Origin: Aeropyrum pernix K1
GTDB taxonomy: Archaea > Thermoproteota > Thermoprotei_A > Sulfolobales > Acidilobaceae
Assembly: GCF_000011125.1 (NCBI RefSeq)
Contig: NC_000854.2
Coordinates: 1,110,001 to 1,142,000 of the forward strand
Direction: 5' to 3'
Length of the DNA: 32,000 bases
This document shows, piece by piece, positions 9,726-18,972 of the stretch (positions are counted from its first letter, which is position 1; every line of letters starts with the position of its first letter). The position numbers and the translations under genes are program-made. The notes beneath the pieces were generated by a model. The model did not search any database and had not been told where the DNA came from. It saw nothing but the letters and a program-made list of their open reading frames with translations.

Positions 9726-10883
9726 TTAATCATTCAATTTAATATTCCATTTTGCGTGTAAAGGAGAATACATTTTATATGTTAGAGTATAATTCTTGGC
9801 ACCTAATTCAGCTATGAAGAATGAAATGTTAATATCAGAAATACTACAAAATTCTTTTAGTTTATCTACAATGCTATATAGATATACTGGACTACTTGAT
9901 AATATTATTAACATATTATATGTTATTATATTTTTGTTGTATTTTGACCCTATTTTTCTCATATGTTCTTCGATTTCTGTATATTTATTTATGTCACTAT
10001 ACATGACTATTTGAGTTGAATATAAATAATGTGACATAGACATAGCTATGCTTCTCATACATGCATTATCCTGAACGTTAAGATATAGGAGCATGGCTGG
10101 CACATCCATTCTTTCGTACATCATTATTTTGAATCCGTCTATTACACTTGTTATGTGTTTTTTGTGTTTTGAGTATTTTCTCATAGGGAAGCTTAGGTCA
10201 TGTAGTTTTTTCATTATGTATACGAGGGATTTTTGTACTGAGAGCGAGTCTATTTCCAGGCCTGCTAGTATCATTAGGTCTATTAGGTCTCTGAACGCTG
10301 GTTTTCCTGTGGGTTGTGGCTTGTGGAATAGTCTGTATAGCTTTTCCTCGATTATCGGTATTTTGGGGTGGTTGTCTAGGAGTTCTAGGGCTGTTGCGGG
10401 GTTTATGTCTTTGGGTTCTTCAAAGTAGTATGTGAAGCTGGGTTTTGATAGGAGTACCTCGTTTGCGAGTAGGAGGTTTAGCCTGGAGCCCTCGTAGTTC
10501 TCTATCAGGTATCTAGCCAGCTGCTCCTCGGCGCCTTGGGGTGACGCGTAGATTCTGAGTGCGCCGAGAGCGGTTCGCAGCTCCGACTTTAGGGCGTGCT
10601 CCACGTGTATGTACTTCAGGTTGCTTCCGGTAGACTCGAGGGCTACGTAGGAGAGGCCGAGCTTCTGCAGGCTATAGTCAACCCTGGCCCTAACCCCCGT
10701 GTTTCTAAGGTTCTCCACGACCCTCCTGACGTATGACACGTCTAACCCCGTCATCCTGGCTAGGTGGCCTATCTCCGGGGGGTTGTGGCTGTACTGTATG
10801 GCGTCGAGCAGCTCCAGCAGGTCCTTACGCCCCTGCCTGAGCATCTTTGCAAAGTCGTATAGCACTCCCTCTATTACTGGCAC
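9726..10883 (-). CDS. Winged-helix (HTH) DNA-binding protein, putative transcriptional regulator
   Basis: N-terminal LLDAIQYSHNPPEIGHLARMTGLDVSYVRRVVENLRNTGVRARVDYSLQKLGL reads as a wHTH. The C-terminal half is AT-rich and unrecognised. Confidence 0.65.
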   Translation of the reverse strand: MPVIEGVLYDFAKMLRQGRKDLLELLDAIQYSHNPPEIGHLARMTGLDVSYVRRVVENLRNTGVRARVDYSLQKLGLSYVALESTGSNLKYIHVEHALKSELRTALGALRIYASPQGAEEQLARYLIENYEGSRLNLLLANEVLLSKPSFTYYFEEPKDINPATALELLDNHPKIPIIEEKLYRLFHKPQPTGKPAFRDLIDLMILAGLEIDSLSVQKSLVYIMKKLHDLSFPMRKYSKHKKHITSVIDGFKIMMYERMDVPAMLLYLNVQDNACMRSIAMSMSHYLYSTQIVMYSDINKYTEIEEHMRKIGSKYNKNIITYNMLIILSSSPVYLYSIVDKLKEFCSISDINISFFIAELGAKNYTLTYKMYSPLHAKWNIKLND

Positions 10884-11245
10884 TTTAGCTAAGCACCCCG
10901 CCTAGATTAGACCCCACATCTATAGTTCGTGTTTCTAGACTGTTTAACGAAGCCCTATCCCCCATCCACTGCCACCCTCTCCCCGCTATTTCAGATAACC
11001 CCCTCTGCTGTAGTACCCCGCTTCAAACAGGTTGACCAGATATTGGGATTGGTATTACGGTAGCGGCTACCCACTTTTATTCTTTACCGACCACCCATTG
11101 TATTACTCTATGTAGAGGTTCTTTTATAGGAGGTTCGGGATGTTAATGAGACTTTGAGAACCGTGGCCACACCCGCGGCCCGATAACTTGAAAATGGTAT
11201 CGAAACTATCCAAATCTCTATAACCCCCTGTTTCGAGGCTGTTAG

Positions 11246-11722
11246 ATGGGAGCTGTGTTGGATGAGGACGAGATACTGTATCTTATGAGTATAAGACCCC
11301 AGTATGCCAGGGCTATAATGGCTGGCAGGAAGAAGTACGAGCTACGAAGGATACACGGTGTGCCCCCGATAGAGGAGGGGTCTATAATAATTGTGTATGC
11401 TAGTGGTAATGTTAAGAGCATAATAGGCGAGTTCCAGGCTAAACGGGTTATACAGGCAACCCCTGAGAAGATATGGAGCATAGCAAGCAAACCTGGATCG
11501 GGCGTTGGAGAGGACGCGTGGCAGTACATACGGGGGGCTAAGAGGGCTATAGCGATCGAGGTCGGATTCAGGAGGCTATATGAAAGGCCGGTGACGCTGG
11601 AAGAGATAAGGAGGATAATCCCTGGCTGGAACCCGCCCTTCAGCTACACAATATTAGAGCCTGGGAACCCCATCTACGAGCTCCTCATCAAAAGGCTGAG
11701 AAGACGCCAGCACCAGCTCTAA
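11246..11722 (+). CDS. ASCH/PUA-like domain protein
   Basis: [23 protein letters not shown] is the characteristic ASCH N-terminal motif, followed by [19 protein letters not shown]. Confidence 0.8.
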   Translation: MGAVLDEDEILYLMSIRPQYARAIMAGRKKYELRRIHGVPPIEEGSIIIVYASGNVKSIIGEFQAKRVIQATPEKIWSIASKPGSGVGEDAWQYIRGAKRAIAIEVGFRRLYERPVTLEEIRRIIPGWNPPFSYTILEPGNPIYELLIKRLRRRQHQL

Positions 11723-11789
11723 GGAACCCCCCATTATCAAGATTCCCGACCACCACTCCCGGCTTCCAAGGTTTGCGCTTCCATGGTGG

Positions 11790-12533
11790 GTGGCTGTGGA
11801 AGCCGTATGGGAGTCTGCTAGAATCCTTGCTAATTCTAGGTTTGCCGTGGCGTTTACGGGAGCCGGGATAAGTGCTGAGAGCGGGATACCTACCTTCAGA
11901 GGCAAGGACGGGTTGTGGAGTAGGTTTGACCCGCGGGATCTGGCTACTCCTGAGGCGTTCAACAGGGATCCCAGGCTGGTGTGGGAATGGTATAGCTGGA
12001 GGATTGAAAGGGTGTTGGCCGCCAAACCTAATAAGGCACACCGTCTCCTGGCAAGGCTCGAGGATTCTGGTGTATTGAAGGCTGTTATAACACAGAATGT
12101 AGACGGGCTCCATAGACGGGCGGGTAGTAGGAGGGTTCTGGAGCTGCATGGCAATGTCCTCAGAGCACGATGCACGAGGTGCGGCTCAAAGCTCGAGTGG
12201 AGGGAGAAGCCGAGTAATCTACCCCCTTCTTGCCCTAGATGTGGAGGTGTTTTGAGGCCTGATGTCGTTTGGTTCGGCGAGCCGCTGGACACATCTCTCC
12301 TAGAGGAAGCCTTCGGCCTGGCACGTAGAAGCGATGTTATGATCATAATCGGAACCTCCGGCGCCGTAGACCCCGCTGGCCTGCTGCCGCTTGCAGCCAA
12401 AGAGAGTGGAGCCACTCTCATAAACGTGAATCCCGAGCCGAACAGGTATAGTGGTGTGGCGGATATAGAACTCAGGATGAGGGCTGTTGAATTCGCGGAG
12501 CGCCTCTCAAGAGCTATGGGAATTGATATTTAG
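11790..12533 (+). CDS. NAD-dependent protein deacylase, Sir2 family
   Basis: [35 protein letters not shown], the four Cys (CTRC...CPRC) and GTSGAVDPA. Start codon GTG. Confidence 0.95.
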   Translation: MAVEAVWESARILANSRFAVAFTGAGISAESGIPTFRGKDGLWSRFDPRDLATPEAFNRDPRLVWEWYSWRIERVLAAKPNKAHRLLARLEDSGVLKAVITQNVDGLHRRAGSRRVLELHGNVLRARCTRCGSKLEWREKPSNLPPSCPRCGGVLRPDVVWFGEPLDTSLLEEAFGLARRSDVMIIIGTSGAVDPAGLLPLAAKESGATLINVNPEPNRYSGVADIELRMRAVEFAERLSRAMGIDI

Positions 12534-12658
12534 ATTGAGATTTAGCGAGCGTATCCGTCTCAACCCTGGAAGGGGGTGTTCCGACGAAAAATCGATTAGC
12601 CTAAGAGACCTAGGATATGCTGCATAGTCGAAACGAATTCCTACTAAATCCTGGCGTG

Positions 12659-13018
12659 CTAGCATTCCTCAACCCTTTCCTCACGTGGGGGAAGCATCAA
12701 GCACCTACAGTCTAGACAGCCCTTCTCAAGGTGGCCCACATCTATTATACACGAAGCCAGAGGCTCTTCCCCCACGGCGTAGAGGCGTATGACCACCTTA
12801 CCGTCCTCTACTTCCGCTTCAGCCCTCTCAGGAAGGCTGCAAAGCCTAGACACCTTTACGGTATGTTCAACCCCTTTATAGACGAGTGTTACCACCGCCT
12901 CGTAGGTATCGCCCATGGAATGGCCTCTCACACCCTTAACCCTAACCTCCCCGGGCATAAGCAGCACCCACCATATATGATGGTAGGCAGAACCTATCCC
13001 CTTTCCATGTTTCCCCAC
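12659..13018 (-). CDS. hypothetical small protein with a Cys-rich C-terminus
   Basis: ORF on the neighbouring operon strand with TATA-like sequence upstream. C-terminus CIIDVGHLEKGCLDCRCLMLPPREERVEEC. The start may be internal (MPGEVRV). Confidence 0.45.
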   Translation of the reverse strand: MGKHGKGIGSAYHHIWWVLLMPGEVRVKGVRGHSMGDTYEAVVTLVYKGVEHTVKVSRLCSLPERAEAEVEDGKVVIRLYAVGEEPLASCIIDVGHLEKGCLDCRCLMLPPREERVEEC

Positions 13019-13180
13019 CCTCTAGGTGGAGAGGAGGGTTTAATAGTGGAGCGCGCACCGACGGATCCCCGCTTCACCCAGATCCCCGCGTGACACGCGG
13101 GCGTCTGCGGGGTGGAGGTCCCCGCTTTATAAATGGAGAGTGGAACGTTTAATTTTTGGGGCCTGCTCTACAGACATTTA

Positions 13181-13639
13181 CTAATACTCCTCCTCATACT
13201 CTCTTATTAACTTCTCTAACTCCTCATTGCTCGTGTCACCATTGCCGTAAAACCGTTCGAACCACTCCATGAAGACGTGGAAAGCTACGCCAACATCAAT
13301 TTCGTACTGGTTAAGTATATATGGGAGGACCGGTGTGAAGCCGAACACCTCCTCAACGTTTTTACCATAGTCTACAGCCTCCATAACAATCTTATCCACA
13401 AGCTCGTCGCCAGCAGCGACTGCCTTCTCACCCTGCTCGCTTAGCTCTATCTTATCCCGGTTTAACTTAATATAGCCCTTCTTAGCCAGCGACTCTAGCA
13501 GACTATCTATCTCCTCGTCATCAAGGAATACAGAGTCGTAGAGCTTCCCCACCCGGTTGATACCGGTCTTCTTTATCGTAATAAGCATGAGCAGTTCCTT
13601 GATTCTGAGCTCCTCTAGAGATTCGGTGAGCGCCACCAT
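13181..13639 (-). CDS. hypothetical winged-helix-like protein
   Basis: LLMLITIKKTGINRVGKLYDSVFLDDEEIDSLLESLAKKGYIKLNRDKIELSEQGEKAV resembles a wHTH with an acidic C-terminal half. Confidence 0.6.
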   Translation of the reverse strand: MVALTESLEELRIKELLMLITIKKTGINRVGKLYDSVFLDDEEIDSLLESLAKKGYIKLNRDKIELSEQGEKAVAAGDELVDKIVMEAVDYGKNVEEVFGFTPVLPYILNQYEIDVGVAFHVFMEWFERFYGNGDTSNEELEKLIREYEEEY

Positions 13640-13990
13640 TTGTCCCCACTCAAATTAAATTATCACATACTTACTTAGAGTTTTGCCCAAATAAGAGGTA
13701 TACTCAATCTAGCTCGTTTTAAATGTTTATCTATCGGATACGTAAGATGGTTTAAATCGGAGCCTCGTATCTGAGGGTTTTCCGTATTAATCTCGTGTAA
13801 CATACCCCTAAATCCCTTTTAAACCCGTTCGTAGCCCAGGCTCCACGGGCATATAAAAAATATTATCATAATTGATAACACCCACAAAGTTAAAATTAAA
13901 ACTATTGTGTTCATCCGGCTCGCGTTTCTTAATAATTTCACAGAGTCGCGCTTGCTACGGCTTAAATATTGGGAAGGTGTGTGGAGAATG

Positions 13991-15523
13991 TTAGAGGTAC
14001 TCCCATATTCCGCGTCCTCTGTAGTTGTAGACTATAGTTTTCAACGCAGTCACGTACTCTATGCTGTAGCCTATACCCTCTCTGCCTATCCCCGAGTCTT
14101 TCCTCCCGCCGAAGGGGTAGTAGCCTATACCGTGCCTGGGGTACTCGTTTATGTAGATGGCCCCGACTTCTAGGAATCTTATGAGCTTCCTTATCCTAGC
14201 CATGCTCTCCCCGAATATGGCGGCGTCGAGCCCGTAGCGCCTTCCGTTTGCAAGCTCTATTGCCTCGTCGAGGGTTGAGAAGCTTGTTATAACCGCTACC
14301 GGGGCGAACACCTCGTCTTTGTAGAGCTTTAGCTCTCTTAGCACGTTTTTATCCTCGACCTCTACGAGTGCGGGGGTTATGTAGGTGTCGCCTATTCTCT
14401 CGCCGCCGTAGAGCAGCTTTGCGCCTCTGGACACAGCCTCCTCTATGGCCTCCACCATGGCGTCAACAGCTTCTTTATCGATGAGGGGGCCCATTGTTGT
14501 CGAGTCGTTTCTCGGATCGCCTACCTTTATCTTAGAGAGTTCCTCTACAAGTAGTTTCTTCATCTCGTTGTATACTGGCTCCTCTACAAGCACTAGCTTT
14601 ATAGCGTCGCATCTCTGGCCTGAGTAGCTTGTTATACCTGTGGCTATCTTGGATGCCGCCGACTTGAGGTCGGCGTCGGCTAGAACTATGGCGGGGTCTC
14701 CCCCGCCAAGCTCCATAATCAGCTGCTTGATCCCGGCGGACCTCATCACCTTGACGCCGGTCTCGCTGCTGCCTGTGAGACTTATCACACTTATCCTCCT
14801 GTCCGCTACGAGTTTCTCGGCCTCAGAGCCTCTGAGAGTTGCTATCATCAGCGACTCAGGAGGGAATCCGGCTTCTATCGCCAGCCTAGCGAACATTATT
14901 ACTGGTAGCGGGTCGGCGCTAGGCGGCTTTACTATGAAGGCGTTGCCGGGTATAGTGCTGTACACGAACTTGTTGACAGTGTCGAAGAGGGGGTAGTTGA
15001 AGGGGATTATGGCTAGCACGACGCCGTAGGGCTCTCTCCTGACAATGCCCTCGCTCTCCAGGGTATGCCTATCCCAGTCTCCAGGCACGTACTCTCCCTG
15101 GAGCTTCCTGAGGTCTAGAGCGGCTTTCCTGAGCCTGTCTATGCTTGCCTCGACCTCGCCAGCAGCCTGCTTCCTCGTCTTACCCGCGTTTACCGTGAGA
15201 ACCTCTTCAAAATCCCCCGCATTCTTCTCCAGCAGGTCAGCTATCCTTGAGAGTATGTTGAGCCTCTTCTCCCCGGGTACGTCCCTGATCCTCCTCCTCC
15301 CGAGCCTGTATACTACGTCTACACCCTCCTCTATAGCGGCCGCGTCAAGCCTGGATACCTTCGCTATTATACTCCCGTCGATCGGACTCCTGACTACCGC
15401 CAGGTTGCTTGTTAAAACCCAGTTGCCGGCGACGAAGGTCTTAAACACGCTGACCTCTCCTTCCTTCTCGAATATGTCTTCGAAAACGGGGCTTCTCAGA
15501 TCTAGGGAAACCTTATGGTTCAA
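13991..15523 (-). CDS. gapN: Aldehyde dehydrogenase family, probably non-phosphorylating glyceraldehyde-3-phosphate dehydrogenase
   Basis: VLAIIPFNYPLFDTVNKFVYSTIPGNAFIVKPP, SLTGSSETG, MELGGGDPAIV, SGQRCDAIKLV (catalytic Cys) and EVFAPV. GAPN assignment is from overall similarity to archaeal GAPN. Confidence 0.88.
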   Translation of the reverse strand: MNHKVSLDLRSPVFEDIFEKEGEVSVFKTFVAGNWVLTSNLAVVRSPIDGSIIAKVSRLDAAAIEEGVDVVYRLGRRRIRDVPGEKRLNILSRIADLLEKNAGDFEEVLTVNAGKTRKQAAGEVEASIDRLRKAALDLRKLQGEYVPGDWDRHTLESEGIVRREPYGVVLAIIPFNYPLFDTVNKFVYSTIPGNAFIVKPPSADPLPVIMFARLAIEAGFPPESLMIATLRGSEAEKLVADRRISVISLTGSSETGVKVMRSAGIKQLIMELGGGDPAIVLADADLKSAASKIATGITSYSGQRCDAIKLVLVEEPVYNEMKKLLVEELSKIKVGDPRNDSTTMGPLIDKEAVDAMVEAIEEAVSRGAKLLYGGERIGDTYITPALVEVEDKNVLRELKLYKDEVFAPVAVITSFSTLDEAIELANGRRYGLDAAIFGESMARIRKLIRFLEVGAIYINEYPRHGIGYYPFGGRKDSGIGREGIGYSIEYVTALKTIVYNYRGRGIWEYL

Positions 15524-15819
15524 GCTTTAAACACACCTCCACATACTAAGTACCTCCCCCCAGTATAAATTAGAGGGTTAGTAGCTGGCGTGGTCTGTAA
15601 AACTTCAAGTATAAGCGGAGGAGCATTACTTCCGGGATAACCCACTTATATTCGCTTCTCCCCCGTCCTTGCCTTACCCCCCGGAAGTATAGACAAAAGC
15701 CTATTACCACTAAATTGAAATTTTTGTCACCCTCTCAGGGTTTGCACGGTAATTTTTGGTTACCATAGCTTCCGGGAGGGGGCGCGACCCCTTTTGTCCC
15801 CGCATTATGACCTATTCTC

Positions 15820-16215
15820 ATGGTGTATTACGAGGGGGATGGTGGGTCTACGGTGGGTCTGAATGTCAGTGGTGTGGGAGTTATAACCCTGGTCTGCTCA
15901 AAATGCAATTTTAAGCTCTACTGGTATGTTATAGGGGATAAGAGCAATAGAAACAAGTTCAGCGGCCCCCCAGTGCCGTCTAAGGCTCTCGCGGGCTATG
16001 ATAAAGCTCAGTGCCCTAGATGTGAGGCCCCGCTCAGCGTTGCCAGGCCCCGGAAGATAGAGATAATGACGAGGGACGAGTTTGAGGAGGAGTATGTTGT
16101 TACCAAGTTTGAGGTCCTGAGGAGGACGACGCTTGTCGAGGAGCATATAAGGAGGCAGATCGAGCCGACGGCAGCGGTTGATGCCGGGGAAGCTACTTCA
16201 AGCCTCAACTTCTAA
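15820..16215 (+). CDS. hypothetical protein with a zinc ribbon
   Basis: Two CxxC knuckles (CSKC...CPRC) in an ORF not shadowing another supported gene. Confidence 0.6.
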   Translation: MVYYEGDGGSTVGLNVSGVGVITLVCSKCNFKLYWYVIGDKSNRNKFSGPPVPSKALAGYDKAQCPRCEAPLSVARPRKIEIMTRDEFEEEYVVTKFEVLRRTTLVEEHIRRQIEPTAAVDAGEATSSLNF

Positions 16216-16859
16216 ATCACACTTATATGCTTTTTAACCTCGTCCAACATCTCCATATACGTCGCTTTCCCACATCCTTCCCTATAGTATCTTTTAGCGA
16301 GATCTCGGAACCTCTCACTCCTCACCAAGCCTAGCAGGCTCGGAACCCTTCTAGATATGCCGGATACGAGTTTAACCACGTTTCCGCACCCGCTGGAGGC
16401 GGAGTCGTAGTCTATTATCAACGCCTTTCTAGGGTTAAACAACACGTTTCTCCAAGGCCTATGCAGCTCTCCGTGGAGTATGCCGGCGTTGTCCAAAGCC
16501 CAGGCAGCCTCTATGGAGGCCAGTATATGTTGCGGGGTCAGAAGCCCTTCCTCCGCGAGGTCCTGCAGGCTAGGGCCTAGTGCGGGCGCCATAGCTATAA
16601 ACTCCTCACCGTAGCCGTACACCTCCGGCGCGGCTCCGGCGAGGGCTGCTTTCTCAGCAACTCTGGCCTCAGGCTCTAGGCTACCCCTCCTGGAGTCCCT
16701 CCTCCTAACCTTCAAAGCCGCTGCTACACCCCTCCACTCTACAAGCAGCACCACGCCCGCATGCCCCTTACCAAGCAGCCCGCACACCCTCTCTACACCT
16801 GCATCCTCAAGCACAGCAGCTATCCAGCAGCCTCCTCGCGGTGGGTAGCAGGACTGCAT
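16212..16859 (-). CDS. Predicted archaeal Ser/Thr protein kinase (COG2112-like, RIO/Bud32-related)
   Basis: GLLGKGHAGVVLLVEWRGVAAALKVRR (Gly loop and Lys), ILHGELHRPWRNVLF (catalytic loop variant) and ALIIDYDSAS (DFG equivalent). The ATG at 16859 overlaps the cca stop as TGATG, so this start is preferred over the longer 16961 ORF. Confidence 0.78.
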   Translation of the reverse strand: MQSCYPPRGGCWIAAVLEDAGVERVCGLLGKGHAGVVLLVEWRGVAAALKVRRRDSRRGSLEPEARVAEKAALAGAAPEVYGYGEEFIAMAPALGPSLQDLAEEGLLTPQHILASIEAAWALDNAGILHGELHRPWRNVLFNPRKALIIDYDSASSGCGNVVKLVSGISRRVPSLLGLVRSERFRDLAKRYYREGCGKATYMEMLDEVKKHISVI

Positions 16860-18256
16860 CAGCTCCTGCAGCCCCCCAACACATGTCGAAGCCAAGGAGG
16901 AGTGGGGTCTCGAAGCGCCTCCAGATAGCTGGGGAAACCGCAGGGGCCAGTCGACGGGCATGTTACCACCTTATATGATCTAGTGCCGGGTGGTAGGGGT
17001 AGCGTAGCCAACGCTCTCTCTACATCGCCCGCCGCGCTGCCTGTGTATGGCCTGGCCCCGGACAGGCGGCCATCGTCCCCTATCCAAACCCAACCCCCCT
17101 CGCCAAGCCTCTTCTCCGTGAAGCGGGCGGCCCTCTCCCTCTCCCATGGAGGAGGCCCGAGCCTACCCTCTATGGGGTATCTAGAGGGGGACTCCATATG
17201 TATGTATACAGCCGCCTCCAGAGCCTCGTCAGTGTAGAAGGAGTATGAGAGGGCCGGGTAACCCCGGGCCTTGGTAGCCCTGTATAGCCTCTCCCCGAGC
17301 CTCTTAAGACGGCCCCACACGGAATCTGGAGGGTGGTCTGAATAGTTGCCGCTCATCAACACCATAACACCTGGAAGTGTCCGGCGGCAGGGCTCGCCGG
17401 GCTGGAGGGCGTGGAAGAATGTTGGCGACGGTTTCCTCAGGAAGATGTTGGCGGCGTGGACAAGCTCGGCAAGCCTCTTGGGAGTGACGGAGGCTGCGGT
17501 GTTCCTCGAGGGGTCCACCGGGTCTGGGACTATGATGGGGGAGTCTGGATACCTCCTGGCCAGCATGTCGAGGTCGGCTTTACCACTGGTTGTGTCTACC
17601 ATGACAGGCGGTCTCCAGGAGGAGGCGGCCTTAACTGTCTCCTCGAAGCCACCATGATGTATTATCAACACCTCGGCCAGGTAGCCTGAGAACCCGCCTA
17701 CACGAGTCTCAGCCCCGTATACCCCAATCCCCTTGAGGAAAGACTTGAACAGTAGTATATCGTCAACAAGCCAAGGCCTCTCCTCCAGCCTGCTCCTCAC
17801 GTACCTCGTGTGGAACGGCGTCCTCTCAACCCCTACTGCATCCCTCGGGTCTACAGCCAGCGGTGCGGGAACAACGTCGGCCTGCATGCCCATGAGGGAG
17901 ACCGTCGCGTAGGGGTGCTCGCTGTACTTGAAATAATATGGTAGCCTACCCCCTAGGCACGACCTGAGAAGACTCTCCCCCAGCCTCCTGACTTCCTCTC
18001 GGGGCGCGTCGAGGAGGAGGAATACGTCTACCTCCCACTTGTCTCTCAGCAGAGTCCCCTTAGCCGCGCTCCCCACAAGTTCAACCCTATATGAGGGTAT
18101 GGAGAGCCTGAGGTCCTCGCACTCCTCCAGAGCCCGTGCCACAAGGGAGTAGAGCCTACCAAGCATGGAAAACTGGAGCCTAGTAGGCCTTATCCTCTCG
18201 AGAACCCTACTCCTCAGGTCCTCAGGTAGAACTGATTCCCCGCTAGCGCCTCTCAA
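16859..18256 (-). CDS. cca: CCA tRNA nucleotidyltransferase, archaeal class I
   Basis: VELVGSAAKGTLLRDKWEVDVFLLL, ADVVPAP, HTRYV...LVDDILLFKSFLKGIGVYGAETRVGGFSGYLAEVLI are class I CCA enzyme motifs. Confidence 0.95.
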   Translation of the reverse strand: MRGASGESVLPEDLRSRVLERIRPTRLQFSMLGRLYSLVARALEECEDLRLSIPSYRVELVGSAAKGTLLRDKWEVDVFLLLDAPREEVRRLGESLLRSCLGGRLPYYFKYSEHPYATVSLMGMQADVVPAPLAVDPRDAVGVERTPFHTRYVRSRLEERPWLVDDILLFKSFLKGIGVYGAETRVGGFSGYLAEVLIIHHGGFEETVKAASSWRPPVMVDTTSGKADLDMLARRYPDSPIIVPDPVDPSRNTAASVTPKRLAELVHAANIFLRKPSPTFFHALQPGEPCRRTLPGVMVLMSGNYSDHPPDSVWGRLKRLGERLYRATKARGYPALSYSFYTDEALEAAVYIHMESPSRYPIEGRLGPPPWERERAARFTEKRLGEGGWVWIGDDGRLSGARPYTGSAAGDVERALATLPLPPGTRSYKVVTCPSTGPCGFPSYLEALRDPTPPWLRHVLGGCRS

Positions 18257-18276
18257 CTCCCGCGCCCCAGCCGCCT

Positions 18277-18849
18277 CTAGACCCGTCCCGAGGAGGCTGC
18301 CTTGACCTCGTAGAGCGTCTTGTATATCGGCCCCTGCCTTGTGAGTATGCTCTGTTTAAGCCTTATACTGGAAACCTCAACGCTCCCTACCTCAACGTCT
18401 CCCATTTCCCTCAGCAGCTTCACAAGGGCTGGAAGGTTCCTCGCCCCCTTGATCCTGGCCAGTGTCACGTGGGGGTGGAACTCCTGCTTCTCAGGGCTGA
18501 AGCCCATGCTGGTCAGGATCCTCTCAACCTCATCCCTTATCCTCCGGAGCTCCCCTGCGCCACCGCCAACCCCGACCCACACTACCCTGGGTCTATCGGG
18601 CCTGGGGAAAGCTCCCAGCCCCCTAAGCTCTATCCTAAACCTCTCGAACCTAATCGATGCTAACCGCTCCCCGATCTCCGCCGCCACAGGCTCGCTCACT
18701 TCCCCTATAAACCTCAGGGTTATATGGAAGTTTTCATCCTCAACAGTCTTCATAGGAACCCCTGTATGGGCTATGGAGTCCCGGAGCCTAGCCAGCCTTC
18801 CAACCACTATCGGGTCCTCTATGTCAACGGCGATAAAAACCCTAACCAA
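18277..18849 (-). CDS. thpR: RNA 2',3'-cyclic phosphodiesterase (2'-5' RNA ligase family)
   Basis: Two HxT/S motifs (NFHITLRFIGE and FHPHVTLARIK). N-terminus MVRVFIAVDI. Confidence 0.94.
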   Translation of the reverse strand: MVRVFIAVDIEDPIVVGRLARLRDSIAHTGVPMKTVEDENFHITLRFIGEVSEPVAAEIGERLASIRFERFRIELRGLGAFPRPDRPRVVWVGVGGGAGELRRIRDEVERILTSMGFSPEKQEFHPHVTLARIKGARNLPALVKLLREMGDVEVGSVEVSSIRLKQSILTRQGPIYKTLYEVKAASSGRV

Positions 18850-18972
18850 GGCCTAGCCCCAATGGTTAACACCAGGGCCCCCGAGGATTTTATCCGCAAA
18901 CCAGGCCTGGGCCCAGGATGACCTAGCTTATCCCTTTGGGAGGCAAAAATAAGCCTGTGGGTCCCTGGTGCG

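Noticed and set aside
11654-12421. 255-aa minus-strand ORF antisense to Sir2
   Set aside because: The opposite strand encodes an unmistakable Sir2 with all motifs. The antisense translation has no protein-like features.
14445-15530. Series of plus-strand ORFs (14445-14627, 14640-14996, 15045-15530) antisense to the aldehyde dehydrogenase gene
   Set aside because: Low-complexity Ser/Ala-rich translations antisense to a clearly conserved enzyme. These are typical shadow ORFs in GC-rich DNA.
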